Of a stretch of DNA of 64,000 nt, positions 17,531-43,097 are shown piece after piece. This stretch comes from the human T2T-CHM13v2.0 reference genome, Homo sapiens. The notes under the pieces are model-generated. The model saw only the letters and a list, made by a program, of their open reading frames with translations. It did not search any database and was not told where the DNA came from. How positions within the stretch are numbered: position 1 is the first letter of the stretch; each line of letters opens with the position of its first letter. Where the stretch lies: NCBI RefSeq assembly GCF_009914755.1, contig NC_060927.1, one strand, 5' to 3'. The position numbers and the translations under genes were made by a program.

Positions 17531-18529
17531 TCATTTAAATGAGTTGTAGAGTGGTATATGATTACCTTAAGCTTTATAATTTGCAGAGAATTATACATCA
17601 TCTAGGATAACATTTTCCACATATCCAACTGCACCATCACTTGCAGCATCAGACCCAGAGGAGGCAGGTAGCATGATGCCTTCTCCCTCCCTCCATCAGC
17701 TCCAAGGCTCACACATCGAACTGGCCCTGGGGCAGGGAAGGTCACTCCTCCGCTGACCCTGACTGAGGTGTTGAGACAGTCTTTTCTCACCAGGCCTCCA
17801 TTAGCAGAAGAAGCCACCATTCTGAGTAGTCCTGCAAGCATGTTTCTCTCTGCTGGCCTTGTCCAGAACTGGCAAGCCCTTTCCCCTAAAGGGCAGTAGA
17901 GGAAAAGGGTCACCATGAAAGGCAGATCATACTTAGGAAATGCCAAGGAGCACCTAAAATCCCCTTATGTACCCCCAGAGATATGTATGTCCCACTGACA
18001 TTTGGGACACACCAACTTGCAGCATCTATTCTGGAGTGGAGAATCATCTAATTATTCCGTCCTCCCATCCCTATCCTCCCAGACCAAAGACCTAAAAATC
18101 ATGAGAGCAGTAAGACTGCATAGTGGAAACCACATTAGAAACTTATTGCATTTGTCACCTCTGAACCACAAAGTAGATTTTTTTCTTTCCTAGTTAGAGG
18201 CATGGAGCTTTACATATGACAAGTGTTCTCTCATTTGTTACCCTGCCCACTAAGTTCAATAAGTCTCTACATGATTGGATTCTCTTTACAAAGCAACTTA
18301 AACGAATTGCAGTTATGATATCAAGGAAAGATTCCAGTGCTGAAGAACAGCCTGTTTTGGAATTTACTCCCCCAAATGCAGGCACAAGGCGAATTTCATA
18401 CTGGGATGGCTTAACTAACCTGTCTTGATTTTAGAGTCACTATATCTGTCTACATTTAAAATAGATAATTATCTTTTAACTAGGCCAAAGCATTCAGGTT
18501 ACAAAAAGTCACAGTGAAAAGTTAAGTTC

Positions 18530-20008
18530 TTGTCTCTGCAGGAAGCAGGCAAGAGCCCCACCCTCCTGGGCGCAGCCGCAGCTGCCCAAACTGCAGCTGC
18601 AGACCCAGGCATCTCTGCACTCTCTGGGGCCAGGAAGGGCCCCCCTGCCCCTGCAGACTCAGAGGTGTCTGTTCCCACTTCCTGGACTCTCTCTGCTCCT
18701 GGCACCCACTCCGATCTTGGAGCAAGGTTGGGGTCAAGCCTGGGTGCTGTCACAGCCCAGCCAGGTTGTGACACAGCAGCCCCCTGCTGCCTTGGCCCCC
18801 TCTGGACTTTGGGCACTGATCAGTACGAGAGGGAGGCTGAGGTGGGGGCTGAGGGCAGCTCATTGCTGGTCTGCAGGCGCCCTTCCGCACAAACAGCCTG
18901 GCATGCCATGAGCTGCAGCAAGAGGCAGAGAGGCTCCTGGGCGGAAGAGGGCAGGTCTCCAGTGAAGCTCCACCTTCAAGCTGGGGAGAGCCTGAAGCCT
19001 GATGGCCAGGCTGTTGGTCCCATGGACCAGAGTGGAAACTTGTGGTGCTTTTCCTGGGCCTGCCCATGGCTGCCCATGGACCAATCAGCATGCACGTCCT
19101 CTGCTCTGAAGCCCATAAAAACCCCAGACTCAGGCAGACTTGGGGAGATGACAGGACTACCAGTGGTGGAGAGGAGCTACCGACCCCAGGGACTCCTGTT
19201 GGCTGAGAGCTGAAGATACAATGGGACGACTAGCTGCAGAGAGGAGCTACCCACTCCAGGTTCTCCTCTCTGCTGTGAGCTGAATGCTCATCAGGACATC
19301 TTGCCTGTGGAGAGGAGCTACCCAATGCCGGTCTCCTCTGAGCTATACTGTCACTCAATAAAGCTCCTTTTTGCCTTGCTCACCCTCCATTTGTCTGCAT
19401 ACCTCATTCTTTCTGGACACAGGACAAGAACTTGGGACCCACCAAATGGCAGGGCTAAAAGAGCTGTAACACAAACAGGGCTGAAACATGCCTCTTGCTT
19501 GCCACATTGCAGGTGACAAGAAGGAGAGAAGAGAGAGGGAGAGAAGAGCTGTGGCCCATTGGGGAGCCCAGACCTAGGAGCTCCCTGAGCCAGGGCTGTG
19601 ACACCCTCTTTGGAACTCTGGGGTTCCTGGCATCTCCAAGCTTCAGGGCACCACTGTGTTCCCTGGTGCCAGCCATGGAAGCTGCTTGCAGTATGCCTGG
19701 CCCAGCTGCAGCCTCCCAGGGAGCTGGGACCCATGCCAGCACCTGGAGCTGCCCACTCTGCCATAGCTGGTGTGCCTGATTGTGCGCAATGGCCAGACCC
19801 TACAGTTGCTCACACACCCCTTGCTGCTCCATGCCTGGCTTGCCATTGGCAGGCAGTGGGCTCCAGGCCAATAGTGCAATATGAGTACAGCCTGCCAGGC
19901 TGAGCAGCCAGAATAAGCCCAGTGGGCCTGAGCAAAACTCAGGCAAAAAAAGCCACTGGCCTCAGAAGTTTCCAGCTGGTGAAGTGACACCCCAAGAATC
20001 CCATGATA
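18530..20008 (+). mobile_element. MER52-family (ERV1) solo LTR, probably 5'-truncated
   Basis: Repeated gagaggagctac motifs, caataaagctcc poly(A) region, ggctaaaagagctgtaacacaaacagggctgaaaca, terminal gaagtgacaccccaag. Confidence 0.8.
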
Positions 20009-20010
20009 CA

Positions 20011-20516
<506 letters not shown>

Positions 20517-21839
20517 CTAGTTCCTCCCTTCTCAAGCTCCCTTTCCCCTGGCAATTAATGTTAGTTAACTGGAGAGTGAGCATTCTATCAGACTCCATTT
20601 AGAGTCCAGAAGATAAACAGCTAGGCTTTCCTGTTGGTGACAGCTGCTTTTTATATGCCAAAATCACCTCCAAGATCTTTTATTGCATTAAAAAAAAATG
20701 ATCCCAGATGCTGCTTTTCACAAACTTCTTAGATGGTTTTTCAATATATTACTCCACAAAGTGGAAGCCATTATCACATTCATTTATTTTTCATGAGGTG
20801 CTGTAACAGGAATCCTGGATTCAGCAAGTAAAGCTGAAAGCCATATAAATAATGTATGTTAAGTACAACTGATAAGCACCCTTGTCATCTTGACATCACT
20901 GAGAGTTTTAGAGCAAAGCAGCATACGTGTGGCAACATGATCACATTCTTCATCCCTTCTGCCAAGAGACTGGTAATGAAGGGACTGAAGGTGAATTTTT
21001 AGTTTTCAGCTTAAGTGAGTGGTTCTCCAGCATTACTGAGTAGAAAAACCATCTGCAGGTGATTCTTTTTTTTTTTTTTTTTTTTTTTTGAGACAGAGTC
21101 TCAGGCTAGAGTGCAGGAGCGTGATCTTGGCTCACTGCAACCTCTGCCTCCTGGGTTCAAGCAATTCTCTTTCATCAGCCTCCTGAGTAGCTGGATTACA
21201 GGCGTGCACCCACACCCAGCTAATTTTTTTATACTTTTAGTAGAGATAGGGTTTCGCCATATTGGCCAGGCTGGTCTCGAACCCCTGACCTCAAGGGATC
21301 TGCTCACCTTGGCCTCCCAAGTGCTAGGATTACAGGCATGAGCCAATGTGCCTGGCCAGGTGATTCTAACTCAAAAGGTCTCTCTCTTTCCTTCCCTTCC
21401 TTCCTTCCGAAAAATCTCTTTTATTTTTATTTTTATTTTTATTTTTGGCTTCCCAGAAAGTATTTCACCAACAAGTATCTTTTAAGCTCCTGACATGTAT
21501 CAGACAATGCTTTGGGCCTCAGAATCTGCATGTTAACAAGCCCCCTAAATGATCTTCGGGTAGGTGGTTCAAAGAACACATTGTACAAGCTGGCCTAAAG
21601 AAACGTGTAATTGATACTGTGGTTATCTTTTAATTTTTTTTTAATTTTCTTTTTTTATAAAATAGAGGTGAGGTTTTACCATACTGCCCAGGATGGTCTT
21701 GAACTCCTGGGTTCAAGCAATCCGCCCGCCTTAGCCTCCCAAAGTGCTGGGATTACAGGCATGAGAAACTGTGACCAGCCGATACTGTGGTTACCAAACA
21801 CTCATTTTATCCAGCTTCCCAACCCCTACAACAGATGGT

Positions 21840-22375
21840 ATGTTGTGTTTAGGTACCCACCCTTCTCTGCTCAACCATGTGCTTCAGGAGAGGCTGGCCA
21901 CAGACCCAGGGAGTAGATCCTGATTGTTCAAAGGCAATCATGGTCTTCCCATTTCCCTTTGCAGGGACTGGTTTAGACAAGGCCATGCGATGCAGCTCTG
22001 ACCAGTAAATGGAGGATAAATCTGCAGGGGGTTTCTGGGAAAGATTTTCTTGCTCCTAATAAAAGACATACAAGAAAAGATGGTCTTTTCTTATTCTGAG
22101 TATGGTTGTATCCAGATATGAAGGCTGGCACTAGGGCAGTCACCTTGCAACAAGAAGGGGAAAGCTAGCCCCCAAATGAAGCCTGCCCAGCAGAATGACA
22201 GAGCAGCAAGATGGAAAGAACTTGGTTCTTGAAAGTGTCATTGAGCCATGGAATTACCCAACCCTGGAGCTGTCCTATTCTTGGACTCGTAGGTGCAGAA
22301 TAACACATTTCTTTGTTTAAGACAGTTGGGCTTGGGACTCTTTTATACCTTCTGCTAAAAACATTCTGACTGGCA
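21840..22375 (+). mobile_element. Old MLT1 (H/I/J-like) LTR
   Basis: ggtttctgggaaagattttctt, gaaagaacttggttcttg, aaaaacattctgactggca motifs. Confidence 0.6.
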
Positions 22376-24744
22376 TTGAATTTTTATGTGCACTTTTGAT
22401 TCAAGGTTTAAGCTTTCTGTAATTCACTGTTAAATAATTGTAACACAGTGTCTCAGGTGGGTTCCCTAGAAGTTGAGTCTGAGACAGGGATTTGAGTGCA
22501 CATGATTTATTGAGGTCATGCTCTCAGGAGATTAGTAAAGCAGGAGGTGAAATAGAGAAGGAAAAAGGAAAGAGATGAGCAAGGATGTGGTTGCATGCAA
22601 AGTCTAGCTTTGGACTGATCCATGGGCGGTTCTGGAGCTGTATTGTTCAGTATGGCAGCCATTAGCCACATGTAGCTATTTAAATTTAAATTAATTAAAA
22701 GGAGTTAAAATTTAAAGCTCAGTTCTTTAGTCACATGCCAAGTGCTCAGTGACTACAGAAGCTCATAGGTAAAGTCGTTAGCCACATCAGTCATAGCAGC
22801 CCCAAACTCACCATCAGGTAAAGGTATCTGGAGAGAGTACCAATTGTGACTACTACCCATGGTATGTAAGTAGACATGAGCTGCATGCAATGCTATTGGC
22901 AGAGAGGTTAGATAACACTCCTTTTTTGCTAATCCACGTTGGGAATTTAGAATCTCCTGAGATTGCTCCTAAGGAGCACCTTTATTTCTTAACAATCCCT
23001 AGAGTTCAGACACATACCAACTATATAAACATATCTGATAGGTGAGTCACTCCAGTGATGCTCAGATTGCAGACAATGGAGGCTCAGAGAGCAGGCTCAA
23101 AGGGAGAAAGGGACTTGGTGCAATGAGTAAGAACTAGAAAAAAGTGCCTGAATGTCAAAGAGAACTGGTGGGGACAGAGGTCTGACTCTGGACAGAACTT
23201 GAAGCTGCCACTGGAACTGTCTCATCCAGCCACTGTGTCATACAAAAAAGAAAGAAGAGGGTTTATATTTTCACTTTTTCACTACGTTCATCTCACTTTT
23301 TTTTTTTTTTTTTTTTGAGTCAAGGTCTTACTCTGTCACCCAGGCTGGAGTGCAGTGGTGCAGTCTCAGAATCCAGATCGCTGCAACCTCCCTATCCCAG
23401 GCTCAAGCGATTCTCCTGCCTCAGCCTCCCGAGTAGCTAGAACCACAGACACGTACCACCACACCAGGCTAATTTTTTGTATTTTTTGTAGAGGGGGGGC
23501 GTCTCACCATGTTGCCCAGGGTGGTCTCAAACTCCTGGACTCAAGTGGTCTACTTGCCTTGGCCTCCCAAAGTGCTGGGATTACAGGCGTGAACCACTGT
23601 GCCCGGGGTGGCCTGTAATCTGGCACGGTTTGAAATCCAACCACCTTGCCCATCTCACTTCTATAATATGTTTTCCTATGTTTTATGTCTGTCTACTCTT
23701 TGGTTATCTCTTCATATGACACCAACTTTGTAACGCCATCTTCTAGAAAGAGAATAGAAGGTAATTCAGTCTTTCCTCTTACATGGTTGACCACAATTTG
23801 TTTTTGGTTATTGCTACTTTATTTTAATTTTATTTATTTTTTTATGACTTCAAAAAATTTTTGTGGGTACATCGTAGCTGTATATATTTATGGGGTACAT
23901 GAGATGTTTTGATACAGGCGTGCGATGTGAAATAAGCACATCATGGGGAATGGGGTATCCATTCCCTCAAGCATTTATCCTTTGAGTTACAAACAATCCA
24001 ATTATAGTCTTAAAATATACAATTAAGTTATTATTGACTATAGTCACCTTATTGTGCTATCAATAGTATTTATTTTTATTTTTTTGAGACAGGGTCTTGC
24101 TCTGTTGCCCAGGCTAGAGTGCAGTGATGCAATCATAGGTGCAACCTTGACCTCCTGGGCTCAAGTGATCCTCTTGCCTCAGCCTTCCAAGTAGCTGGGA
24201 CTACAAGTGTGCACCATCACGGCCATCTAATTTTTTTATTTTTTGTAGAGATGGGGTCTCGCTTTGTTGCCCAGGCTGGTCTCAAACTCCTGGGTTCAAC
24301 TGATCCTCCCACTTTGCCTTCCAAAGTGCTGGGATTACAGGCTTGAGCCACTGCGCCCTGTCTATTATTGCTACTTTAGAAATATTTCCTTTTGCTTCAC
24401 AACTTACTATGGGAAATGCCTAATCTTTACCTTCCTTCTCAGTCCTTTGATCAGGACTTCCCTCAGTCCCTTCTTGTCTGGAGGGAAGTCCTCAGATTTC
24501 ATAGCCATGGCCTCCCAGTAGCTGCTACCAGAGCAACAGCTGCTGGTTCAGCTCAGGTCAGGTCCTCACTGCCCTGTTCCATCACTGGTTTGGTCCTGGG
24601 GGGTAAGCAGGAGGGGGTTGGGGGTGCAGGAGAAGTAACTATGAGCCTGAGTCATAGTCACCCTTGAGCAGGAAGCAGAGGAGCTTCTCATTCAGATTCT
24701 TCTCCTTGAGGTCAAAGATAGAATCCAGAGGCTAAACCACATAA

Positions 24745-25164
24745 CCCCTCAGGGCACACCAGCCCAACTTCCAACTGCTGACACCTGCAACTTTGGCTAA
24801 GGGCTGTTCTCTGGTCACTGAAGCCCACTTTGCTCACCTGTGTGGCAAGCTGCAGATGTCCAGGAATTACTGTTCCTCCCCACAGCTCCCAGTAGACTTC
24901 AGCTAATGATTAATGGAAGTTAGTGTATAAATACCAAAGCTCCTCATTCCTTGGGTGGGATACCTGAGCACGAGTCTACACTGGCTCCCAGAGTTTCCTA
25001 TCATGATTGAGCTCCATTTGTCCTCATGGTGATTGGCTGGGTAATGCCCATGCCTCCTTTATTTGGCTGCCTTTCCTATACTTTCTCAATTCCCCTCCTT
25101 CTTTGTCTCTCAAATGAACTCCTTGCACTCTCAGCATCTGCTTCTGGGGTTACCCAACTAAGGC
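24745..25164 (+). mobile_element. LTR16-like (ERVL) LTR
   Basis: cccaacttccaactg...tataaataccaaagctcc...agcatctgcttctggggttacccaactaaggca. Confidence 0.6.
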
Positions 25165-25866
25165 ATTAGATGACCACAAGGGCAGTTGTCACTGGGGGCT
25201 GGGTGATTTGGACATAGTGCTGGCAGCCTGCTGCTTAGCCTAAGCCCGAGGACCATCATCAGGACACAGATACTGGGACAGCACACTCTGCCTCCACATC
25301 TTCTGCATGGTTAGTTTAAGTCTGGAATGAAGATTACTAGCAAATATATGGACCATACAACAAGCTGCTTACTCCCACATCATTCTTACTTATTTATTTA
25401 TTTTTTAATTTTTATTTTTTTGAGACAGGGTCTCACTTTGTTACCCAGGCTGGCGTGCAGTGGTATGATCTCGGCTCACTGCAGCCTTGATCTCCCAGGT
25501 TCAAGTGATCCTCCTGCCTCAGCCCCCAAGTAGCTGGGATTACAGGTGCATGCCACCATGCCCGGCTGATTTTTGTATTTTTTGTAGAGATGGGGTTTTG
25601 TCATGTTGCCCAGGCTGGTCTTGAATTACTGAGCCCAAGTGATTCTCCCACCTCAGCCTCCCAAAGTGCTGGGATTACAGGTGTGAACCACTGCGCCTGG
25701 CCTTCCATATAATTCTTGTCAGTTCTAAAACTGTTACTTTGTTCGCCATCTGTTTGACTTCTGTGTTTCTCTCTCAATTGGTTCAGAACTTGAAAGTAGA
25801 AGGTCATTAATTGAGCCTCCTGAAACTGTTAAAAATAAGCATGGTTAGGCTGGGTATGGTGGCTCA

Positions 25867-26250
<384 letters not shown>

Positions 26251-27169
26251 CTATAGTCCATAAAGGAGGAGGCAGAATGAGGTACTAGGCAGAGTATGAG
26301 AATAAGAATTTAGAAATAAAGAGAAGGCAGAAGCCAAGTAATTGGAACACATGGGGATGCTGGATGTGATCCTGTTGAGACTAGAGCTCAATTATCAGAA
26401 CTGGGTCACTGCAACTAGAATAGAGTAATCCATGCTGATGCATAGCTTGTGAGGTAAGAGCTAGTCAAATGCTTTCTTAACAGGCTATGATTGGGCCTGG
26501 GGGTGGGAGGCTGGGGCGCAGCTGAGAACATGGTAAACCCAGGTGTGGACAGACACTGAGGAAACAGGCTGGCAGGCTGGTACTAACTGGTTCTGCAATC
26601 AAACGTTTAAAAGACTGGCACAATTCTATCCTTCTTATTTGTTTTATTTTTGAAACGGAGTCTCGCTCTGTCGCCCAGTCTGGAGTGCAGTGGCACGATC
26701 TTGGCTCACTGCAACCTCTGCCTCCTGGGTTCAAGCAATTCTCCCTGCCTCAGCCTCCCAAGTAGCTGGGATTATAGGCACCCGCCACCATGCCCAGCTA
26801 ATTTTTGTATTTTTTAGTAGAGATGGGGTTTCACCATGTTGACCAGGCTGGTCTTGAACTCCTGACCTCAGGTGATCCCCCTGCCTCAGTCTCCCAAAGT
26901 GCTGGGTTTACAGGCATGAGCCAACGTGCCCAGCCTTATTCTTCTATTTGTAAAGGGGCAACACTGTGCTTTATAAAGCCACAAAGGAAAATGCCATTCT
27001 TTAGTCCTTTTTCTCAGATTTTGCAGACGTTAGACTTAAAAGCCTCCCTGCCTAACCTGTCTCTTTCATCTTCTTTGTTGAGGTTCACGCATCATGAGGA
27101 AATACCAGCTGCTCTAAATGACTTCAAATTTGCTTGATCCAAACAAGTTGCATGTCAGGTATAGAAGTT

Positions 27170-27650
27170 GGGACTTTGTCAGTTACAAACGACAGAAACC
27201 TGAGTAAAACCAGCTTACGCAGAAAGAGATTTTTTTGATTCAGATAACTGGGAAGGATCCTGGGCTAGTTTAGAGGGTGGAAGGAAGAGCCCAAGAATCT
27301 AGGGTCTCAGAGACTTGAACTCTGGACTCATGGTCAACCAGACTCTCTCTCCATTCAGTTCCCAAACCAGTTTGTCACAACTTTTTTTTGGTATATTCAC
27401 CTTTTCTTCTCTTACTGCAGACAGAACTTTACACCACCTTTAATTTCCCTAGCAGCCTGAGTCACATGCTATCATGCAGCTCGGGCAGCTCAGGTCAGGT
27501 CCTCACTGCCCCGTTCCATCACTGGTTTGGTCCTGGGGGGTGATGGGAGGGGAATGCCAGCAGGAAGAGATTTGTGTATCGCATCCCTGGAGGACACTGA
27601 TTAGTGCTGCCTGCATCTTATACCCATTTCATGGCCCAGCATGTAATTGA
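27170..27650. mobile_element. Old MLT1-like LTR carrying a 56-bp foreign insert
   Basis: cagttacaaacgacagaaacc...ccagctta start motif. The insert is described in findings. Confidence 0.5.
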
Positions 27651-28256
27651 CAATCAATAAATACTCCTGAATGCATGAGTAAGGCTACCATAAATAATGT
27701 GACAGAGGTAGCTCTCATTGTTGTAAATTAATAAATTTTAGTTTATGTCTCTATCTGGAGATGCTGGTCCATGTGCACTTACTTCTGAGAGATGTCTGCT
27801 GTCAGTGTTTTGAGGAAACAGCTTCTGAGTCTGCAAGCTTTGGTAAATTCAGAAGGTGATTAAATGCCACCCTTGGAGGTTTCCCAGATAACAGTCTGTT
27901 CTAGATGACCACCTAGACTATAAATGTTGATGGAAATTGCTTTTCCTTACTTGAATCTCTACACTGAGAACTTATTAATGAAATGTATATGTTTTTCAAA
28001 CTTATGTTTACAACATCACAATGAAGTAATTATAGTCAGATAAGATCTTATTGTCTCCATTTAATAGCTAGGAAAGTCCAGGCATATATTGGGTAAGTCA
28101 GTGTTTTTCAAGGAATGTCTTCCAGAAAACAAGACCCCTAGGTGATTCATGAAAAGGGGTTCTGTGGTCAGTTATGATTGGGAAGACTCTGAATGATTTC
28201 CAATATATGTTAGTATACTAAAGATTCTGAAGGAAGCAGTTAAGAACTCTATAAGG

Positions 28257-28841
<585 letters not shown>

Positions 28842-30741
28842 AAGATGCTGTCTTTTAAAAAAAAAGCATCAGCAGAAGAAAGCTATATGAAGTAAAATCT
28901 GTTTAACGTTGATCAAAAGGATTTAGCAAAATTATTGGACCTTAAACTTCCTGTTTCTGCATATATCTTCTCTTATTCCCTCCTGTTTTCATAGAGGATC
29001 TGTCTCTTTCCACCTAAGGCCAATCTCTCCATCTATACCTAGGACTCTATTTTCCTTTCCCTCCATTCCTAGGAATCTTCTATTTCTCAAGTATTCTTTC
29101 TCCCTCCTCATCCTAGGGGTGGTAGCAGCTCCCTGCTCTTGCTAATCATCCGTTTGATTTTCCAATACCAATTTAATTAGTTCCCCTTACCTGGTATGAG
29201 TTATGTTTTCCTGATTTGACCCTAACTGATGATGATACATGGAAATATCAGAAAATAGGGAACAGGGGGAAGGAGAGCATTTGAGAAACAGGCAAATTCT
29301 ACTTGACTTGGTGGATTACCTTGAAGTCAAGGTAGCTCGGGGAAAGTAGAGGAGACCGGGAGGCAATGGCAGTAGATTGATGTCTATGAGCTCTTACCTA
29401 GGCATCATTCAGTTTCCTGTGAAAGCAGATGTCCTCCACACTAGGGGTTGTGGGGAAATTGTATGAGTAGAGAAAAGGGCAGGTTACAGAGGACAGCCCA
29501 TCTCCCTGTATATGAGCGATTATCTCTGGTTGTCAGTAAGTCACAAATAAGTCAGTGCTGTCCTCTAGTTGCCTGGGGTGGGGGTCAGAGGACTTGCCCC
29601 ACAGCAGAAACCTCTTCATCTGGGAACTAGTTGGGCACAGCTTCTTTTGGCTGCATCTGTAACCTGTCCTGGGTTGGCCCAGCTGCTGAGTTGTCACAGT
29701 TTGTGGTTGGCACCTATTGTTAAATGTCAATATTTTCACAGTCATCCCACACTGCTATGCTATGGCATTTGTCCCTTGGCCTTGGGAGGACAGGCAATTC
29801 TTTCATACATAATAGGAAAAGATAGAAGAGAGACTGTCTTTTTCTCTCAAAGACTGTTCAAGCCAGTAGCAGGTCATTGTACTCTGAATAATGCCCTTTC
29901 AAATGGAGAAAGAATATAATTCTGAAATCACACACTTCTGGGACCATTAGAGACACCAGTTTACTGAGCGTGACTTTTGCAAGATGATTCTGTAATGAAA
30001 TGTAATCCTCAAAGTCTGAAATAAGTAAAATGTATTTATTCAGAAAATGCATGAGTGTTTGTGTATATGTATTAAAATCTATTACCCTTAAAGTGCCCCA
30101 TGATCAAGACAGGAGATGAGAATTATATTGTGCTTGAAGTATGGACAATACTGAGTCTGAGAGTGTTGGGCAGACGTGAAGTTCCACATGTAACAATGTC
30201 TATCAATCGAGGTGTCTCTGGAGTTTTCTGGAGGTTGAATCTGGAATGAACAGTTCTTGGGTGTGCCCTGTTGAGGAGCTAACTGGTGCAGGAGCTATCT
30301 GGGGTGAAATCACTACCCATGAGAAGAAAAGCCTCTCCTCCACCTTTCCCAGGCTGAAAAGACAGTTTGGCTTGGGGATGGCATGGGTGGAGCTTTCAGC
30401 TGAGACTAAAGGCCCAACTCTCCTCCCAGTGTGAGGAGAGGTTGACCCTACACTCTTCCTGCTGCCACAGGAACTGTGGAGGCAGCTGTTGAGGAATTAC
30501 CCCTGATTGAAGGAGGGCATAAATGCTGATTCTCCTCTGAAGGTCTGTAAAGTGCAGCCATAAACATCCCAGTCTCTCAAATGTGAAACACTTGTCCTTT
30601 CGCACCTGGGTTGAAAAGTCAAGCCTAATTCTTTTAATAATGCCCCAATGCCTTGAACTTCATCCATTCCTATAAGAGCTTAGCACCCCAGCAGAAGGAA
30701 ACCTAGCACCCCAGAAACTCTGCTTAAGACAAATAATCCTC

Positions 30742-34109
<3,368 letters not shown>

Positions 34110-34221
34110 AATAATTTCATTTTTTTCAAACTTAATTCCCACCCCTACCCCGCCACCAAAAGATATCAACCTATTACCCAAATACTCATTTAATCCTTAC
34201 AGGAATTATAGTGGATACAAT

Positions 34222-35668
34222 TGAGAGGTGACAGCGTGCTGGCAGTCCTCACAGCCCTCGCTCGCTCTTGGCACCTCCTCTGCCTGGGCTCCCACTTTGG
34301 TGGCACTTGAGGAGCCCTTCAGCCCACTGCTGCACTGTGGGAGCCCCTTTCTGGTCTGGCCAAGGCCGGAGCCGGCTCCCTCAGCTTGCAGGGAGGTGTG
34401 GAGGGAGAGGCGCGAGCGGGAACCGGGGCTCCGCGCCGTGCTTGCGGGTCAGCCGGAGTTCCGGGTGGGCGTGGGCTTGGCGGCCCCGCACTCGGAGCAG
34501 CCTGCCGGCCCTGCCGGCCCCGGGCAATAAGGGGCTTAGCACCCGGGCCAGCAGCTGCGGAGGGTATACTGGGTCCCCCAGCAGTGCCAGCTCAAGAGCG
34601 CTGCGCTCGATTTCTCACCGGGCCTTAGCTGCCTTCTCGCGGGGCAGGGCTTGGGACCTGCAGCCTGCCCTGCCTGAGCCTCCCACCCTCTCCATGGGCT
34701 CCTGTGCGGCCCGAGCCTCCCCGATGAGCGCCTCCCCGATGAGCGCCGCCCCCTGCTCCACGGCGCCCAGTCCCATCGACCACCCAAGGGCTGAGGAGTG
34801 CGGGCGCAAGGCGAGGGACTGGCAGGCAGCTCCACCTGCAGCCCCAGTGCGGGACCCACTGGGTGAAGTCAGCTGGGCTCCTGAGTCTGGTGGGGACGTG
34901 GAGAATCTTTATGTCTAGCTCAGGGATTGTAAATACACCAATCGGCACTTTGTATCTAGCTCAAGGTTTGTAAACACACCAATCAACACCCTGTGTCTAG
35001 CTCAGGGTTTGTGAATGCACCAATCGACACTCTGTATCTAGCTACTCTGGTGGGGCCTTGGAGAACCTTTGTGTTGACAGTCTGTATCTAGCTAATTTAG
35101 TGGGGACGTGGAGAACCTTTGTGTCTAGCTCAGGAATTGTAAACGCACCAATCAGTGCCCTGTCAAAACAGACCACTCCACTCTACCAATCAGCAGGATG
35201 TGGGTGGGGCCAGATAAGAGAATAAAAGCAGGCTGCCTGAGCCAGCAGTGGCAACCTGCGGGGGTCCCCTTCCATACTGTGGAAGTGTTGTTCTTTTGCT
35301 CTTTGCAATAAATCTTGCTACTGCTCACTCTTTGGGTCCACACTGCTTTTATGAGCTGTAACACTCACAGCGAAGGTCTGCAGCTTCACTCCTGAAGCCA
35401 GCGAGCCCACGAGCCCACCGGGAGGAACGAACAACTCCAGATGCACCGCCTTAAGAGCTGTAACACTCACCGCGAAGGTCTGCAGCTTCACTCCTGAGCC
35501 AGCGAGACCAGGAACCCCCCAGAAAGAAGAAACTCCGAACACATCTAAACATCAGAAGGAACGAACAACTCCAGATGCCCCACCTTAAGAGCTGTAACAC
35601 TCACCATGAGGGTCTGCGGCTTCATTCTTGAAGTCAGTGAGACCAAGAACCCACCAATTCCGGACCCA
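34222..35668 (+). mobile_element. LTR12C (HERV9) solo LTR, full length
   Basis: Starts tgagaggtgacagcgtgctggcag and ends ccaccaattccggaccca, with 4-bp TSD CAAT. CpG-rich U3, multiple caccaatc (NF-Y) boxes, GATA at 35211, AATAAAA TATA-like box at 35221, U5 repeats. Confidence 0.95.
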
Positions 35669-36172
35669 CAATTACATGTCTTAATTTTAGAGATGAAGAC
35701 ACTGAAACATACAGAAGTTATTTTCCCCAATCACAAATAATAAATGGCAAAGCTGGCATCTGAACACAATCAGTTGACTTTAATGTTAATCTGCTTATTC
35801 ATTACTCTATCCAGCCTTTCCATGGGAACTCATCACCATTATCAACATTACTGGCAAGCACCTCTTTTTTTTTAAACTACAACGGAAACACAGTATTTAA
35901 ATGTTTGCAAGAGTGAATTAGGTTACTTAGGAGTCTAATTAGCAAGTAGTTACTTAGTAAGGAGTAGGGAATTTGACACCTTCTCATTTCTATCTCATGA
36001 ACAGTTCTGTCTCTTACCAAGGGACCTCATTCTTGAAATAAGATTTACTTCTGAGCCCAGTGTTGTTTTCTCTTCAAATGATTGCTCTGATTCCATTTTT
36101 GAGTCATCAGCCATGTAAATATCTCTGGAACGTGTCATGTAAACAAATGCAGAACTGTTAAAAATTAAGTTG

Positions 36173-43019
<6,847 letters not shown>

Positions 43020-43097
43020 TGAGAGTTAAGTACTCCTGAAAAACAAAACAAAACAAAACAAAAAAGCCCAGAAAAAACTCTCAGTAACTATATAAGG

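Noticed and set aside
18499-19990. Long overlapping ORFs (up to 227 aa)
   Set aside because: They lie entirely within the GC-rich MER52 LTR, where stops are naturally rare.
29319-29416. Two tiny minus-strand exon-like blocks (16-19 nt) with good donors
   Set aside because: Too short to test for frame. They may extend the minus-strand chain but are not supportable alone.
34228-34948. 216-aa and overlapping GC-rich ORFs that look like a CpG-island gene
   Set aside because: This is the LTR12C U3 region.
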